Part shown: in pieces, positions 41,634 to 53,618 of the stretch
Layout: every line of letters starts with the position of its first letter
How positions within the stretch are numbered: the first letter of the stretch is position 1
Origin: Nitrospirota bacterium
GTDB taxonomy: Bacteria; Nitrospirota; UBA9217
NCBI GenBank assembly: GCA_963818475.1
Contig: CAWFSF010000003.1
Span: forward strand, 192,001 to 256,000
Direction: 5' to 3'
Length of the DNA stretch: 64,000 nucleotides
Program-made: the position numbers and the translations under genes
Notes under the pieces: model-generated
What the model saw: only the letters and a program-made list of their open reading frames with translations
What the model was told of the DNA's origin: nothing
Database searches by the model: none

Positions 41634-44430
41634 ACGCTCTCGTGGAGATCAGCCGCGGCCGGCAGGAACGGCGCCGCTCAACAGCTTTCTTGAGCACCCC
41701 GAGCATTTCCTGCTCCTCGAACGGTTTTACCAGGTAGTCCTGGGCGCCCATCTCGATCGCCTTCTGCCGGTGCTTGTCTCCCGCGCGCGACGTCAGCACG
41801 ACCACCGGAATGTTCATGAGCGCCGGGTTTCTCTTCATCTCGGCCATGAGATCGTAGCCGTGCATCACCGGCATTTCAAGATCGGAAATGACCACATCAA
41901 ACTTTGACTTGCCCATGATATTGAGCGCCTCCATGCCGTCGGGCGCCACTTCGACATCATACCCCACGCGGTCCAGGAACCGCTGCACGTATTTCCGGAT
42001 GCTGATGGAATCGTCGACGACCAGGATCCGCGGTTTCCGCTTGGAGATCTCCGGAGCCGCCTCTTTGCGCCGCTACGATGCTGGCCGTCATCGTCACCGA
42101 AGTTTCGTCGCCAAAGAGCGCGGCAACATTGATGATCAGCCGCACATTGCCTTCTCCGGAAATGGTCGCTCCGGAGAACAGCCTGACGCTTTTCAGGTAA
42201 TCGCCCAGGGACTTCACAACGATCTCTTCCCGGCCGGTGATATCTTCCACCATCAGGGCAAGCCGCTTTTCAGCCATGCCGAGGATCAGCGTGGGATGCC
42301 GGTAGGTCTCCTCTTTTTTCGGGAACTTGCCGACACCGAGGATTTCATTCAGCTTGTGGAGCCGCACCAGCGTGCCGCGCAGGTTCACCATCTCTTCTCC
42401 CGCAGCGCGCTGAATATCTTTCTCCGAGAACCGGGTGGTCTCTTCCACCAGGGTCATCGGAACGGCGAGCTCCTGGTCCTTGAATTTGATGATCAGGGCC
42501 TGTGCAATGGCAAGGGTGAGCGGCAGCCTGATCACGAACTTGGTACCCACGCCCTTTTCGGTCTTGATCTCGATCCGTCCGTTGATCTTGGCCAGATGCG
42601 TCGAGACCACATCCATGCCGACGCCCCGTCCGGAGACCTTGCCCACGGTCTCCGCCGTCGAGAACCCCGGGCGGAAGATAAGGTTCAGGACCTCGGGGTC
42701 GGACAGTGCCTGCGCTTCGGCGGCGGTCATGAAACCTTTGTCCACCGCTGCCTTCCGGAGCATGACCGGATCCATGCCCCGGCCGTCGTCCTCGATCTCG
42801 ATCACGATATTGTTGCCTTCGTGCCGGGCGTTCAGGAGGATCGAGCCGACCGGCTCCTTGCCCGCCCTGGTGCGCAGGTCGACGGTCTCAATGCCGTGGG
42901 AAATGGAATTCCGGATCATGTGCATGAGCGGGTCGGAGATGATCTCGAAGATCGTCTTGTCGATCTTCGTTTCTCCGCCCTTCACCACCATGTTCACTTT
43001 TTTGTTCTCGGCCTGCGCAAGGTCGCGGACAGGCCGCTGGAACATCTGGTAGAGCTTGTCCATCTCGACCATGCGGGCCATGGTGATCTCGTCCTGCAGG
43101 TTGGTCGTGATCGTCGAGATCCGCGCCGTATCGAGCTCGAAGGAATCGAAGAAGCCCGGCAAGCTCCGTCATGATCTCGTTCGTGTCGTTCGTGATCTCC
43201 GTCAATTTCCGCGACAGCAGGTTGAAGTCGTCATACCGGTCGAACTCGAGCTCAAAAAAGTCCTGGTTCTGCTCGGCCGCGGCTGCTGCGGACCCGGCGT
43301 CTCATACGTTCATCGTGTACTCGTACTTCTCCTCGAACTTCTTGATCTCATGGAGCAGTCGCCCCTGGCTGAACGCCAGCTCCTCGCGGAGCGACTTGAT
43401 GAAATCCACTTGCCGCGCAAGCCGGTTGCGGTTGACGATCATTTCGCCCACCAGGTTCATGAGGTTGTCGAGCCGCTCGATGTTGACACGGATGAACTGC
43501 TTCTCGACGTCGATCGCGTCCGCAGCCCGCCGGCCGATGCCGCGCCGTTCCTGGGTCCCCCCGCGTTTTGCCGCTTCGATCTCATCTCTCAGCGATGCAG
43601 CCTCAGCAGAGGCCGGTTCTGCTGCCTGTTCACCGGCAGGCGCAAAGGGATGGCGTTCCTCATCAAGGTGGCTTTTCCCGAAACGCGGAGCCGGAGCTCC
43701 CGGGCCGACCTGTTTGGCAGACGGACTGAGCGGGAGTTTCCCGCCTCCTGAAGGGGCCTGCGACGGTGCACTGATCCCGATGTCAAAGGTCCGCTCCCAG
43801 GCTTCGTCAACCTCGTCTTTTTTCTTTTTTGGCGGCGCCGGAGACACTGCTGGTGCAGCCGGGGCGGGAGCCGCGGCCTTGCCGGCCGGAGGTGATGGAG
43901 CAAAGCTCTTTTCCCAGGCTTCGTCGAGCTCGTCCATCTCGACGGCGCCAAAAACCGCCGGGGCGGCGCCTGTGCCCTTCGCCTCGGCGGGCGCGTCCTT
44001 CTGCTTCTGCGGCGCAGGCGCAGCGGATTTATTCAGATTATCAAAAACGTCCTTGTATGACTGCGAAATGCTTTCTACGAGAAGGGGATCTTCGGGCTTG
44101 CTTGACGACACGCCGTCGACCAGGATGTTGATGGCATCGACGCTGTCAAAGAGGAAATTCAGCGTATCCTTCCGGATCGGGGCCGAGCCCGACGCGGAAC
44201 TGGCCGAGCATGTCCTCGGCCTTGTGCGCCACATCGCTGATTCCCTGGAAGCCCATCATGGCGGCCGATCCCTTGAGCGTGTGCGCGGCCCGGAAAAGCT
44301 CGTCGATCATGCCGCTGTTCTTCGGGTCCTTCTCAAGGGACAACAGTCCCTTATTGAGGTTCTGGATGTGTTCTCCGGCCTCCATCAGGAAAAACTCTAT
44401 GATCCCGGATTTGTCAAAGGGTGCGGCCAT
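41626..44430 (-). CDS. cheA: CheA/ChpA-like kinase (Hpt, dimerisation, HATPase, CheW, C-terminal REC); several frameshifts
   Basis: FRAAHTLKGSA, LDNLMNLVGE, HMIRNSISHG, DDGRG, GFSTA, SGRGVGMD, LPLTLAI, SDLEMP. Confidence 0.9.
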
Positions 44431-44436
44431 AGGTCT

Positions 44437-46302
44437 CTACTCAATAAATCCGAGCTTGATCTCTTCGTCGCTCGTCGTGATGTCCGTCGTGATAGCCGGG
44501 AAACCTTCGAGCGCGGGGAGCTCCGCTTCGGCCGCCTGAAGCTCGTATTCCTTGCCCAGTTTGAACCGGCCAATGGCGCTGGTCAGCCGGGTCGAGAGGT
44601 CGGCCAGCTTGCCGATGGTCGACACGGTATCCTGCACACCGTGAGTGGTTTCCTGGGTCAGCTTGGATATGGTATCCATGGAGTGCACCACCCGCGCCGT
44701 GACCTCCACCTGGTCGTCGGCCGCCTTGGTGATGTCCGTCATGAGCACGGCGGTCTGCTTAACGATCTGCTCGATCTCGCGGAGTGCGGCGCCCGCCTGG
44801 TCGGCAAGCTTGGTTCCTTCCTCCACCTCGCGCGTTCCTTCTTCCATGACCGTCACGGCCTCGCTCGTTTCCACCTGAATGCCCTTGATCAGGCCGGTGA
44901 TGTCCTTCGTCGCACGGGCGGCGCGTTCTGCCAGTTTCCGCACTTCGTCGGCAACGACGGCGAAGCCCCTGCCCTGCTCGCCGGCCCGCGCGGCTTCGAT
45001 CGCGGCATTCAGTGCCAGCAGGTTCGTCTGGGTCGCGATCTCGTTGATCACTTCGATGATGGCGCCGATCTCGAGCGAACGCTCACCGAGGCCCTTGATC
45101 TTTTTCCCGGTGGTCTGCACGGCGGCCCGGATGCGCTGCATGCCCTTGATGGTCTCCGCCACCGACGTCCCGCCTTTGATAGCCGCCTGCGTGGCCTTGA
45201 GTGATGTCTGCGTTGCGGCATCGGCGTTCTGGGCCATGCGCTGCGTGGTGTTGGACATGGTGTTCACGGCGTCCGATGCGCTCCTGATCTGACTGGTCTG
45301 CTGCTCTGCGCCCTGCTTCATCCGGTCGGAAGAGTGGAGGATGTCGGTCGTGGACCGCTGGATCTCGAGGGCCACATTGTGCGCCTGGGTGACCAGCGAC
45401 ATAAGACCGGTGATCATGAGGTTGAATGCGTCAGCCACGGAACCCAGGGCGTCGGCGGTCACTTCGGCCTTCACGGTAAGGTCGCCTTCTGCTGCGGAAC
45501 TCACGACCGACAGCAGGTCCATGACCTGATGCTGCATCTTGTCCCGGTCGGTCTCGGTCTGGATCAGACCCTGGAGACGGTCGATCGTCTGGTTGAGCGT
45601 GTCTCCCAGCTGCCCCAGTTCGTCGCCGGTTTTCACATTTGCTTTTTTTGACAGATCGCCGCGGCCGAGGGCCTCGGCCACGACCATCAGGTCCTTGACC
45701 GGGCGAATGATGCGGTACGTGATGAAGACGGTGAAGAAGACGATCAGCGACAGCGCCCCGATGCCCCAATACATGATCGTGGTGAGAAGGTTCCTGATGT
45801 TCTGCTTGATCAGCGTCATGTTCAGACCGACATGCACCGAGCCGAGCGTGCCGTTCGCGATAGGTGAGGCGATGTCGATGATCTCGATAACGCGGTCCCT
45901 CATGGACACGGTTGCGGCCTGCGTCCCGAAGGGCGCGCCGGCCTTCAGCATGTTAATGCTCTGCAGCTCGGCCGGGATCACGTTCCCTTCGAAGGAGGAC
46001 GAGAGCACCCGTCCCCTGCCGTCACGGATAAAGCAATAGGCCACGTCAGGCTGACTGATCGCTTCACCTTGTATGAACTGCAGCGCGTTGAGGTCTTCGA
46101 CCTGCACCGGTTCAGCGGCCTTCACGCTCAGGCCGTCGGCCAGAATGAGCGTTTTATTGATCGCCTCTTCCTTGATGGTGGTCTGGATCTGGGCATAAAT
46201 GAAGAACAGGATGCCGGCGCCGAAAATGGCGGACATGCTCAGGATCATGAGCACGATCTTGGTCTGGATGCTTAGGCGTCTGAAGGGATTCTTGAGTTTC
46301 AT
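44437..46302 (-). CDS. Methyl-accepting chemotaxis protein (PilJ-like)
   Basis: Two TM segments, [40 protein letters not shown]. Confidence 0.93.
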   Translation of the reverse strand: MKLKNPFRRLSIQTKIVLMILSMSAIFGAGILFFIYAQIQTTIKEEAINKTLILADGLSVKAAEPVQVEDLNALQFIQGEAISQPDVAYCFIRDGRGRVLSSSFEGNVIPAELQSINMLKAGAPFGTQAATVSMRDRVIEIIDIASPIANGTLGSVHVGLNMTLIKQNIRNLLTTIMYWGIGALSLIVFFTVFITYRIIRPVKDLMVVAEALGRGDLSKKANVKTGDELGQLGDTLNQTIDRLQGLIQTETDRDKMQHQVMDLLSVVSSAAEGDLTVKAEVTADALGSVADAFNLMITGLMSLVTQAHNVALEIQRSTTDILHSSDRMKQGAEQQTSQIRSASDAVNTMSNTTQRMAQNADAATQTSLKATQAAIKGGTSVAETIKGMQRIRAAVQTTGKKIKGLGERSLEIGAIIEVINEIATQTNLLALNAAIEAARAGEQGRGFAVVADEVRKLAERAARATKDITGLIKGIQVETSEAVTVMEEGTREVEEGTKLADQAGAALREIEQIVKQTAVLMTDITKAADDQVEVTARVVHSMDTISKLTQETTHGVQDTVSTIGKLADLSTRLTSAIGRFKLGKEYELQAAEAELPALEGFPAITTDITTSDEEIKLGFIE

Positions 46303-46384
46303 GGTTTGCTCCTTACGTGTGGATATTTCACGCATGTAGCGGCAGAGGTCCTGCCGCCGGAAGACTCAGCGAACAACAATTCGA

Positions 46385-46882
46385 TCACGACAATTTGATT
46401 TCATCGATTATCTTTTCAACGTTCAGCAGCGCCGCCACGCCGTGCTCCCGCGGGATCAGGGCCAGGGCAAAGCGGCTCCGGTTCTTGCCGGCGGATGACT
46501 GCAGGGCATTCTCCGCCGGGATCGCCATGAGACTGCTTTCCGGTACGGCGACCACTTCGGAGACGTCGTCAACAACGATGCCCAGCGTGATCGATCCGTG
46601 CTTTAAAATTGCGATCTGGCCTGGTTCAGACTGGCGTGGCAGGGAAAGCACCGGGCGGATATCAACGATCGGAACGATGTTGCCTCGCAGGTTGATAATC
46701 CCGAGGACGTGCTGCGGTGTGGTCGGAACCGGGAACAGCTTCTGTGGGATGATGATTTCCGTCAACATGCCGACCGGTATGGCATAGGAATCCTCGCCGA
46801 TACGGAAGAGGCACACCCGTATCTCTTCGCCGGGCATGATCTCGTTTGCGTTCGCAACTACATCACTGCGCATGTCGGCCAA
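46385..46882 (-). CDS. cheW: CheW (PilI-like)
   Basis: VLGIINLRGNIVPIVD, GIVVDDV. Confidence 0.9.
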   Translation of the reverse strand: MADMRSDVVANANEIMPGEEIRVCLFRIGEDSYAIPVGMLTEIIIPQKLFPVPTTPQHVLGIINLRGNIVPIVDIRPVLSLPRQSEPGQIAILKHGSITLGIVVDDVSEVVAVPESSLMAIPAENALQSSAGKNRSRFALALIPREHGVAALLNVEKIIDEIKLS

Positions 46883-46899
46883 ACGGCCTCCCTCCAGGG

Positions 46900-47259
46900 C
46901 TAGATGTATTTCTTCACGGCCTTCAGCAGATCTTCCGGCTTGAACGGCTTGATCAAGTACTCATCTGCGCCCTGTTTCATCCCCCAGAATTTGTCGCTTT
47001 CCTGGTCCTTGGACGTTACCATGATGACCGGAATGTTCTTGTACTGGTCGTTGCTCTTTATGTCCCGGCAGACCTGGAAACCATTTTTTTTAGGCATGAC
47101 GACATCCAGAATGATGAGATCTATTTTTTCCGACTTCACCTTCGCTTCGGCAGCCTCCCCGTCCATAACGGTCACAATGGAGTGGCCTGTCGGCTGCAGT
47201 GCTGCCTGAAAGATCTGAAGTTCCGCCAGGCTGTCGTCGGCTATCAGGATTTTGGCCAT
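46900..47259 (-). CDS. PilH-like single-domain response regulator
   Basis: LDVVMPKKNGFQVCR, TSKDQESDKFWGMKQGA. Confidence 0.88.
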   Translation of the reverse strand: MAKILIADDSLAELQIFQAALQPTGHSIVTVMDGEAAEAKVKSEKIDLIILDVVMPKKNGFQVCRDIKSNDQYKNIPVIMVTSKDQESDKFWGMKQGADEYLIKPFKPEDLLKAVKKYI

Positions 47260-47355
47260 TCTTGTCTCCTTTTTCAGTGCTCCAATGAATGTTAAAAATT
47301 AACACATTTCTTTGGTAGTGTCAAGTTTTCGTTTTATTTTCCGCGGTCTCCGGCC

Positions 47356-48749
47356 TTATCGTTTCCGCCGGATCAGATTGACGGAGAGCAAAATGAAGAT
47401 GCTCTTCGCCACATCGAACTCACCCACGTAGTCAGCATCAATGATGTCCTGGACCGTTCTCCTGCCGTCGATGAGCGAGAACACCTTGAGGTCCGTGTCG
47501 CTCATGCCCCGGGTCGTCAGCTCCTCGGCGTTGCCGATCATGGGTTCGAACACGATGTTCAAATTCGGGATCTTCTGCTGAATGAGCGTCCACTCATCGG
47601 CCTGCCGTGCGCCTTCCAGCAGCAGGTCATCCACCTTGATCTGGAGCGGCACGGCGAAGACCGGCGGGGGAACAGCCTCAAAGGAAAAATGCTCCTTCCT
47701 TCCAGGCCATAACCTTGTACACGACCGATTCGGTGTGCCGGCGCAGGCAGTCGGCAAATGTTTTTCCGTCGAGCAGTTTCTCCCGGATGAGGACCTTGTC
47801 GACCTGCTCACCGGTCATCCTGGCGATGCTCATGGCATGCTGAAGGCTGTCACTATCGACGCGGCAGGACTTTCGGAGGAGCGTGTCCATGCCGGCGTTG
47901 GCATCGCTGCAGTTTCCCGAGGAAAAGACGACCGCTCCGTCCCTGAAGTAGATCCCCACCTCCTCGGACGATGAACGGATGGTCAGTCTGCCGGTCTGGC
48001 GCTGCATACTGAGCATCTGCATCACCTCGACGATCCTGAAACTGGCGAGGTTTCCCTTGATCCCGGCACTCGTCTCCTGCGGCGTCCTGCCGATCTCCTT
48101 GCGGATCAGTTCAGGCAGGTCCGTCGCAATGAACTCATCGAAGCACCTGGGTGACGATTGCCCGGATCGTCGCCTCTATGCCGACAGCGGCCGTGTGAGG
48201 CGGGGGCGATGCAGGAGAGGGAACCTGCGGTCGGAGACCCTCCCGCAACGGCGGCGGCTCAAAAGCCCGGGGCGCCTCGCGCGGCAAAGGCGGGACATAG
48301 GGTCTGGGAATTGATGGCGCAGGAGGGATGATCTCTCGTGTTGGCGGAGGCGAAGGCGGTGCTGGTGCTGTTGCCTTCGTTCGATCGAGCACCTCCCGGA
48401 TCTTGGCGAGGAGCTCTTCCGGCTGAAATGGCTTGGTAAAGTATTCGCTGATGCCGAGGACATCAACGAACTTGCTGCCGACCTTGTCGCCCTTGGATGT
48501 CACGAGGATGATCGGCGTATCCTTGAACTCGGGGTCTTCCTTGAGCGTCTTGCAGACCTGGAACCCGTTCATTTTGGGCATCACAAAATCAACGAGGATC
48601 AGGGCGGGCCGCTCGGACCGCGCCATGGCAATGCCCTCTTCCCCGTCAGAGGCAAGAACGACCTTATATCCCTGCGAGGCCAGGATCATCTCGATAAGCC
48701 GCTGAACCGTCGGACTATCGTCAATATCGAGTATTTTTTCGCCTGCCAT
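47356..48749 (-). CDS. Response regulator REC + DUF4388 (PatA-N-like) domain; two frameshifts
   Basis: REC ILDIDDS...VDFVMP; GIKGNLASFRIVEVMQML...TGRL...IYFRDG; WKEG.FSF; LLLEGARQADEW. Confidence 0.8.
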
Positions 48750-48832
48750 TCAGCTCCCTCGCGTGAAAAACATGTAATAGTAGCACGGGGTAAAAGATAT
48801 TGTCAACGCTTATCTAGCTCTCACCACGGCAT

Positions 48833-50026
48833 TTACAACCGCGCTGCCACGGCATCGATGAACTCTTCGGTCTGCGCATAGGTTGAAACTTTGGGCACGG
48901 CGATGGCGGCCAGGTCCTTGGTCATCACGCCGCCCTCGATCATCCCGATCACGGCAGCTTCGAGCTTTCGCGCAAAGGCCACGACCTCGGGCGTGCCGTC
49001 AAGCTCGCCGCGGCGCGCGATCGCGCCGGTCCAGGCAAAGATGGAAGCCACCGAATTGGTCGACGTGGGATTCCCCTTCAGGTGTTCATAGTAGTGGCGC
49101 ATCACCGTACCGTGGGCGGCCTCGAATACATACTTGCCTTCAGGCGAGACCAGCACCGAGGTCATGAGCCCCAGGCTGCCGAAGCCCGACGCGACCATGT
49201 CGCTCATCACGTCGCCGTCGTAGTTCATGCAGGCCCAGAGCATGCCGCCCTCGGCCTTCATGATCTGCGCGACCGCATCGTCGATCAGCATATAGCGGTA
49301 ACTGACGCCCTGCTTCTCAAGTTCGGCCTTTTTCGCCCCGGCCTCATGGTCAAACACTTCTTTGAAAAAGCCATGATAGGTCTTCGAGATCGTGTCCTTG
49401 GCGCCGAACCAGATGTCGGTCTTTTCAGCCAGCGCGTAGCTGATGCAGGCCCGGGCAAAGCTCCTGATCGATTTTTCCGTGTTGTGCATGCCCATGATCA
49501 CGCCGGGCCCTTTGAACTCATGCACGACGAGCGTCTTTTTTTCTCCGCCCCCGCCCGGCGTGAACACCAGCTCCGCGGTCCCGGCGCCGGGGACCTTGTA
49601 CTCCACCGACTTGTAGATGTCGCCGTAGGCATGCCTGCCGATGCTGATCGGCCTCTTCCAGCTGCGCACTGCAGGCGGAATGTTCTTCACGATGATCGGC
49701 TTTCGGAAGACCGTGCCGTCGAGGATCGACCGGATCGTGCCGTTCGGGCTTTTCCATGCCTGTTTGAGGTTGTATTCCTTGACGCGTGCCGCGTTCGGCG
49801 TGATCGTGGCGCACTTGACGCCCACGCCGAACTCAATGACCGCATTCGCCGCGTCGATCGTGACCTGGTCCCCGGTCTCGTCGCGGTGCTTGACGCCCAG
49901 GTCAAAGTATTTGAGGTCCATCGCAAGATGGGGCAGGAGCAGCTTGTCCTTGATCATCTTCCAGATGATCCTCGTCATTTCGTCGCCGTCCATCTCGACG
50001 ATGGGGTTCTTGACAGTGATTGCCAC
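48833..50026 (-). CDS. icd: NADP-dependent isocitrate dehydrogenase
   Basis: [36 protein letters not shown]. Confidence 0.96.
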   Translation of the reverse strand: MAITVKNPIVEMDGDEMTRIIWKMIKDKLLLPHLAMDLKYFDLGVKHRDETGDQVTIDAANAVIEFGVGVKCATITPNAARVKEYNLKQAWKSPNGTIRSILDGTVFRKPIIVKNIPPAVRSWKRPISIGRHAYGDIYKSVEYKVPGAGTAELVFTPGGGGEKKTLVVHEFKGPGVIMGMHNTEKSIRSFARACISYALAEKTDIWFGAKDTISKTYHGFFKEVFDHEAGAKKAELEKQGVSYRYMLIDDAVAQIMKAEGGMLWACMNYDGDVMSDMVASGFGSLGLMTSVLVSPEGKYVFEAAHGTVMRHYYEHLKGNPTSTNSVASIFAWTGAIARRGELDGTPEVVAFARKLEAAVIGMIEGGVMTKDLAAIAVPKVSTYAQTEEFIDAVAARL

Positions 50027-50210
50027 GGGTTACTCTCCTTCATTATTCTGCGGGATTGCCGGCATCGGTTCGGAGGGAATTGTAATGCGCAGGGGCAGGA
50101 TTGTCAACAAAACATTGCGTTTCGTGCCGGAGCAGGCTCCGGAAGCGTTATGAAGGGACCGGGGCTGCGTGCGCGGACTCGGTGCACGCAGCCCCGGAGA
50201 ACAATGCTGA

Positions 50211-50901
50211 CTAATCTACGAGTGCAACTCCGGTGAAATGGCAGATGACGCAGACACCGGCGCCCATACGGCCCCACTGCGCGCTTTTTGATCCGCCGTG
50301 CACCGCATGGCAGGCCTGGCAGGCCTTGCCGAAGGTAAGGTAGCCAAAGGGCTGAAATATCGCCATGCCCACGATCGCACCGGTATGGCATTTATAGCAG
50401 ATGTGTGCCTTGATCTTGACCAGCATTTCGGACTTACCCTGGTGTCCCGAGTGACAGTCGAGGCACGAGAGCTGCTGCGTCCGGCCTTCGAAGCCCACGC
50501 TGGCATACAGCGCGTGCTTGTCATGCGGATTGATGGCCTTGCTGCCGAACAAGGCTTGATTGTAATGACATTTGCCGCAGTTCGTGTTCTGCTCCGTTTT
50601 GGTAAGCTGCGAGATCCTGTTCGGGACCGTTGCAGGGTTCGCGACATGCGCAGCAAGTCCGGAATGACAGGCACCGCACTCGTGAAGCTCAGCGACCGGA
50701 ATGACCGCCATGCGCTCCTCGTTGCTGTGGCGATTCTCCTTCCAGGACTCGTACTGAGCCGGCGTGGCAACTCTGGCATACGGTGGCGGCCGGAACGCCG
50801 TCTGCCGGCCGGAAAGTCTCGATGGGCTGGAACAACCAGGTCCGGGCGCACCCGACAATCACTGCGAGCACCAACAATAAAGCAAGATACATTTTTTTCA
50901 T
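50211..50901 (-). CDS. Multiheme c-type cytochrome lipoprotein (7 CxxCH); frameshift near 50760
   Basis: Lipobox VIVGC; CQSCH, CGACH, CGKCH, CLDCH, CYKCH, CQACH, CVICH. Confidence 0.8.
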
Positions 50902-51008
50902 GACGGACTCCCTTCCAAATGATAGCGTAATATCGCGTTATGCTATAACTTTACCGCCGTACTCTTCTCCGATTTTAATGAACCATTCATTCCATACCTG
51001 TGACGGGA

Positions 51009-51701
51009 CTACCCCGTTTTTTTCGTCCTCAGAAATACGACGACGGCGCCGCTTCCGCCCTTGTCCCGCGGGGCCTGCGCCACCTCGATGACCATGCCCT
51101 TGCCCTGTTCCCGGAGCCATGCGTTCACGCTGCCCTGGAGCACGGGTCCGTCCGGAGAATTGAGCCCCTTGCCCGTGATCACCAGCACCGCCTTGCTGCC
51201 GCGGTGATAGGCGCCGGAGATGAACCGCGCCAGCCGCTGCAGCGCCTCGTCCTTCATATAGCCGTGCAGATCCAGCGTCTCGGAGATGCTGATGCTCCCG
51301 CGCCTTAACTGCCGCGTCCGGCCCGCTGCCGTTCGCCGCTCCTCCCCGCCCCCCTCGGATTCGGAGACTGCCGAAGTAAAGGTCGTGCCCATCTTCTGCA
51401 TGGCCTTGAGAAAAAGCTGCACGTCCTCCTGCGAGTCCGTCCGCGGCTTTGCTTCGGACGCCTGTTCGGCCCGGAGCGGCGCAACTCCGGGATCGCCCGC
51501 AATCCTTCGTGCGCCTTCTACCGAGCGCAGAAAGAGCGACGCATCGTCCTCATCCTGGTCATCTTTCCCGGGACGCGGCCGCGGTGCGGTCTGCTTTATT
51601 TCCTTGGGAACCGGCTGGGGGGCAAAGCCCTTGAGCGATTTGAACGGATTGGTCTTGAAATCAGCGGCAGGTTTTTCTTCAGTTTTTTTTGATTTTTTCA
51701 T
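51009..51701 (-). CDS. Smr-domain endonuclease
   Basis: LDLHG, VITGKG, GGSGAVVV. Confidence 0.9.
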   Translation of the reverse strand: MKKSKKTEEKPAADFKTNPFKSLKGFAPQPVPKEIKQTAPRPRPGKDDQDEDDASLFLRSVEGARRIAGDPGVAPLRAEQASEAKPRTDSQEDVQLFLKAMQKMGTTFTSAVSESEGGGEERRTAAGRTRQLRRGSISISETLDLHGYMKDEALQRLARFISGAYHRGSKAVLVITGKGLNSPDGPVLQGSVNAWLREQGKGMVIEVAQAPRDKGGSGAVVVFLRTKKTG

Positions 51702-51763
51702 ACAGGCGTCGCGGGTGTGCGGTGGTAGCGGCAGGTTTTAAACACTGCCTTTACACAAGCAGG

Positions 51764-52998
51764 TTAATGATCGGGATAGCGTTCGGTGAGGCTGCGGATC
51801 GTCTCAAGACAGGAAAAGAACGTCTCTACCATCTCCGGATCGAAGTGCGTTCCCGACGAGGCCTTCAGCTCATCAAGCACCTGTGCTTCGTCCCACCGCT
51901 CCTTATAGGTCCTGCGTGATCCCAGCGCGTCGTACACATCGGCAAGTGCCACGATCCGGCCGAATACCGGGATCTCCTCCCCCTTCTTGGGGAGCGGCGT
52001 TCCATCGCTCTTCTCGTAGCCGGGGATCGCCTTTCCGTCGCTGGCGTTGACGTGCCCCGGGTAGCCGGTGCCGTCCCACTTCTCGTGATGATTGAGGGCG
52101 ACGACCGCGGCAGCGTCATCGAACTCGGAATATTTTTCGGAAAACAGGCGCGCCCCCATGACGGTATGGAGCTTCATGGCTTCGCGCTCTGCATCATCGA
52201 GCCGTGCCGGTTTCTTTGAGAATGGCGTCCGAGATCGCCACCTTGCCCACGTCATGGAGCATGGCGGACATGCGGAGAATGTCGCGGTTCTTGTCGATCA
52301 CATCCCGGGGCACGCCCCGCTTGGCTGCCCACACCTCATAGATCGCAACGGCATAGGCGGCCACCCGGTTCACATGAGCGCCGGTCTCCTTGGGGTCCCG
52401 CAGCTCGGCCATCTTGATGGTCCGGAGGATCATGGAGCGGGTCATCTGGGCCCGCTCGATGGCAACGGCCGCCATGTTGGCAAAATGCATGACCAGGGGC
52501 TCGTCCTTTTTCGAGAAGGCCCGGACCTTGCCATTGGCATTCGTCCCATTGATCAGCTGGAGCACGCCGATGGTGTCGCCCCGGTTGGTCTTGAGCGGAA
52601 AGGTCAGCATGGACTGGGTCCGATACCCCGAGACGATCGTCGTAGTGACGGTTGAAGGAATAGGGCAGGCCGGACGTGAGCTTGTAGGCATCGGGGATAT
52701 TAAGCGCCTCGCCGGTGTTCGCCACGTACCCCGAGATCGTCTGGTTGTTGATCGGGATGGAGAAGGTGGAATAGATCAGCTTTTTGCCGAGCGGCAGTTT
52801 TTTCTGCTGCGTCTCGTTCTGCGTATAGCTGAACTTCAGCGTTTCGTTCTCTTTAATATAGATCGAGCCTGCATCGGCATTCACCAGCCCCCGCGCCTCG
52901 TGCAGGATCCGCTCCAGCAGCACATCGACGTCCTTGATCTCGGTAAGCTCGACCCCCAGCCTCATCACCAGGGTCAGTTTTTGTTTTTCCGTCAGCAT
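51764..52998 (-). CDS. GAF + HD-GYP phosphodiesterase; two frameshifts
   Basis: GAF ADAGSIY, SMLTFPL; ETGAHVNRV, LHDVGK, HHEKWDGTGYP, LADVYDAL. Confidence 0.88.
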
Positions 52999-53067
52999 GG
53001 CCTATAGTACTCATTCGCTCCGTGTTTGTCAATTACGCGGCATCGTGGCAAGGAAACCAGTTTGCGA

Positions 53068-53096
53068 TTGACTCGCATGCGCTTTTTTGCTATAGT
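53068..53096 (+). promoter_or_regulatory. Sigma70-like promoter for dksA
   Basis: TTGACT-N17-TATAGT with an extended TG. Confidence 0.65.
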
Positions 53097-53171
53097 ACGC
53101 CATTCCGGCCTTGGTGCCGCAGGTTTCATTGCAATCGCTGCGCTTCAGGGCAGCATGGTGAGGTAGTGACG

Positions 53172-53534
53172 ATGGACAGCAAGCTTCTGGCAATCAAAAA
53201 AAAGCTCGTGAAACAGCGGACTGAACTGCTCACGGAAGCAGAGGAGACGCTGAACAGCAAGATCAGCACGGAAAAGGAGAGCTTCCCCGATCCGACCGAT
53301 CAGGCCGTTGCGGAGCTCGACAACAGTTTTCTTCTCCGGCTTCGCGGGAGGGAAAACAAGCTGCTCAAAAAGATCGACGAGGCCATTGCACGGATAGACG
53401 ACGGAACCTACGGCGTGTGCGAATCCTGCGGCGAAAAGATCAGCACCAAGCGGCTCGAGGCGCGGCCGGTGACCACGCTCTGCATCGAGTGCAAGACGAG
53501 GCAGGAAGCGGAAGAGAAGCAGCAGGCGGGATAG
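53172..53534 (+). CDS. dksA: RNA polymerase-binding protein DksA
   Basis: DPTDQA coiled-coil tip, YGVCESC, RLEARP, CIECK. Confidence 0.92.
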   Translation: MDSKLLAIKKKLVKQRTELLTEAEETLNSKISTEKESFPDPTDQAVAELDNSFLLRLRGRENKLLKKIDEAIARIDDGTYGVCESCGEKISTKRLEARPVTTLCIECKTRQEAEEKQQAG

Positions 53535-53564
53535 CTCTTTCGGGAAAAATAATATTCAAACAAC

Positions 53565-53594
53565 AAAGGCCAGCCGATATCGGCTGGCCTTTTT
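53565..53594. terminator. Terminator between convergent dksA and cytochrome genes
   Basis: aaaggccagccgatatcggctggccttttt. Confidence 0.8.
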
Positions 53595-53618
53595 ACTGTG
53601 CATCTAAGAAGCTCGACC

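Noticed and set aside
43171-45204. Long plus-strand ORFs (677 aa here; also 3270-4574, 56336-57673 and others)
   Set aside because: Antisense shadows of well-supported minus-strand genes in GC-rich DNA, with no motifs
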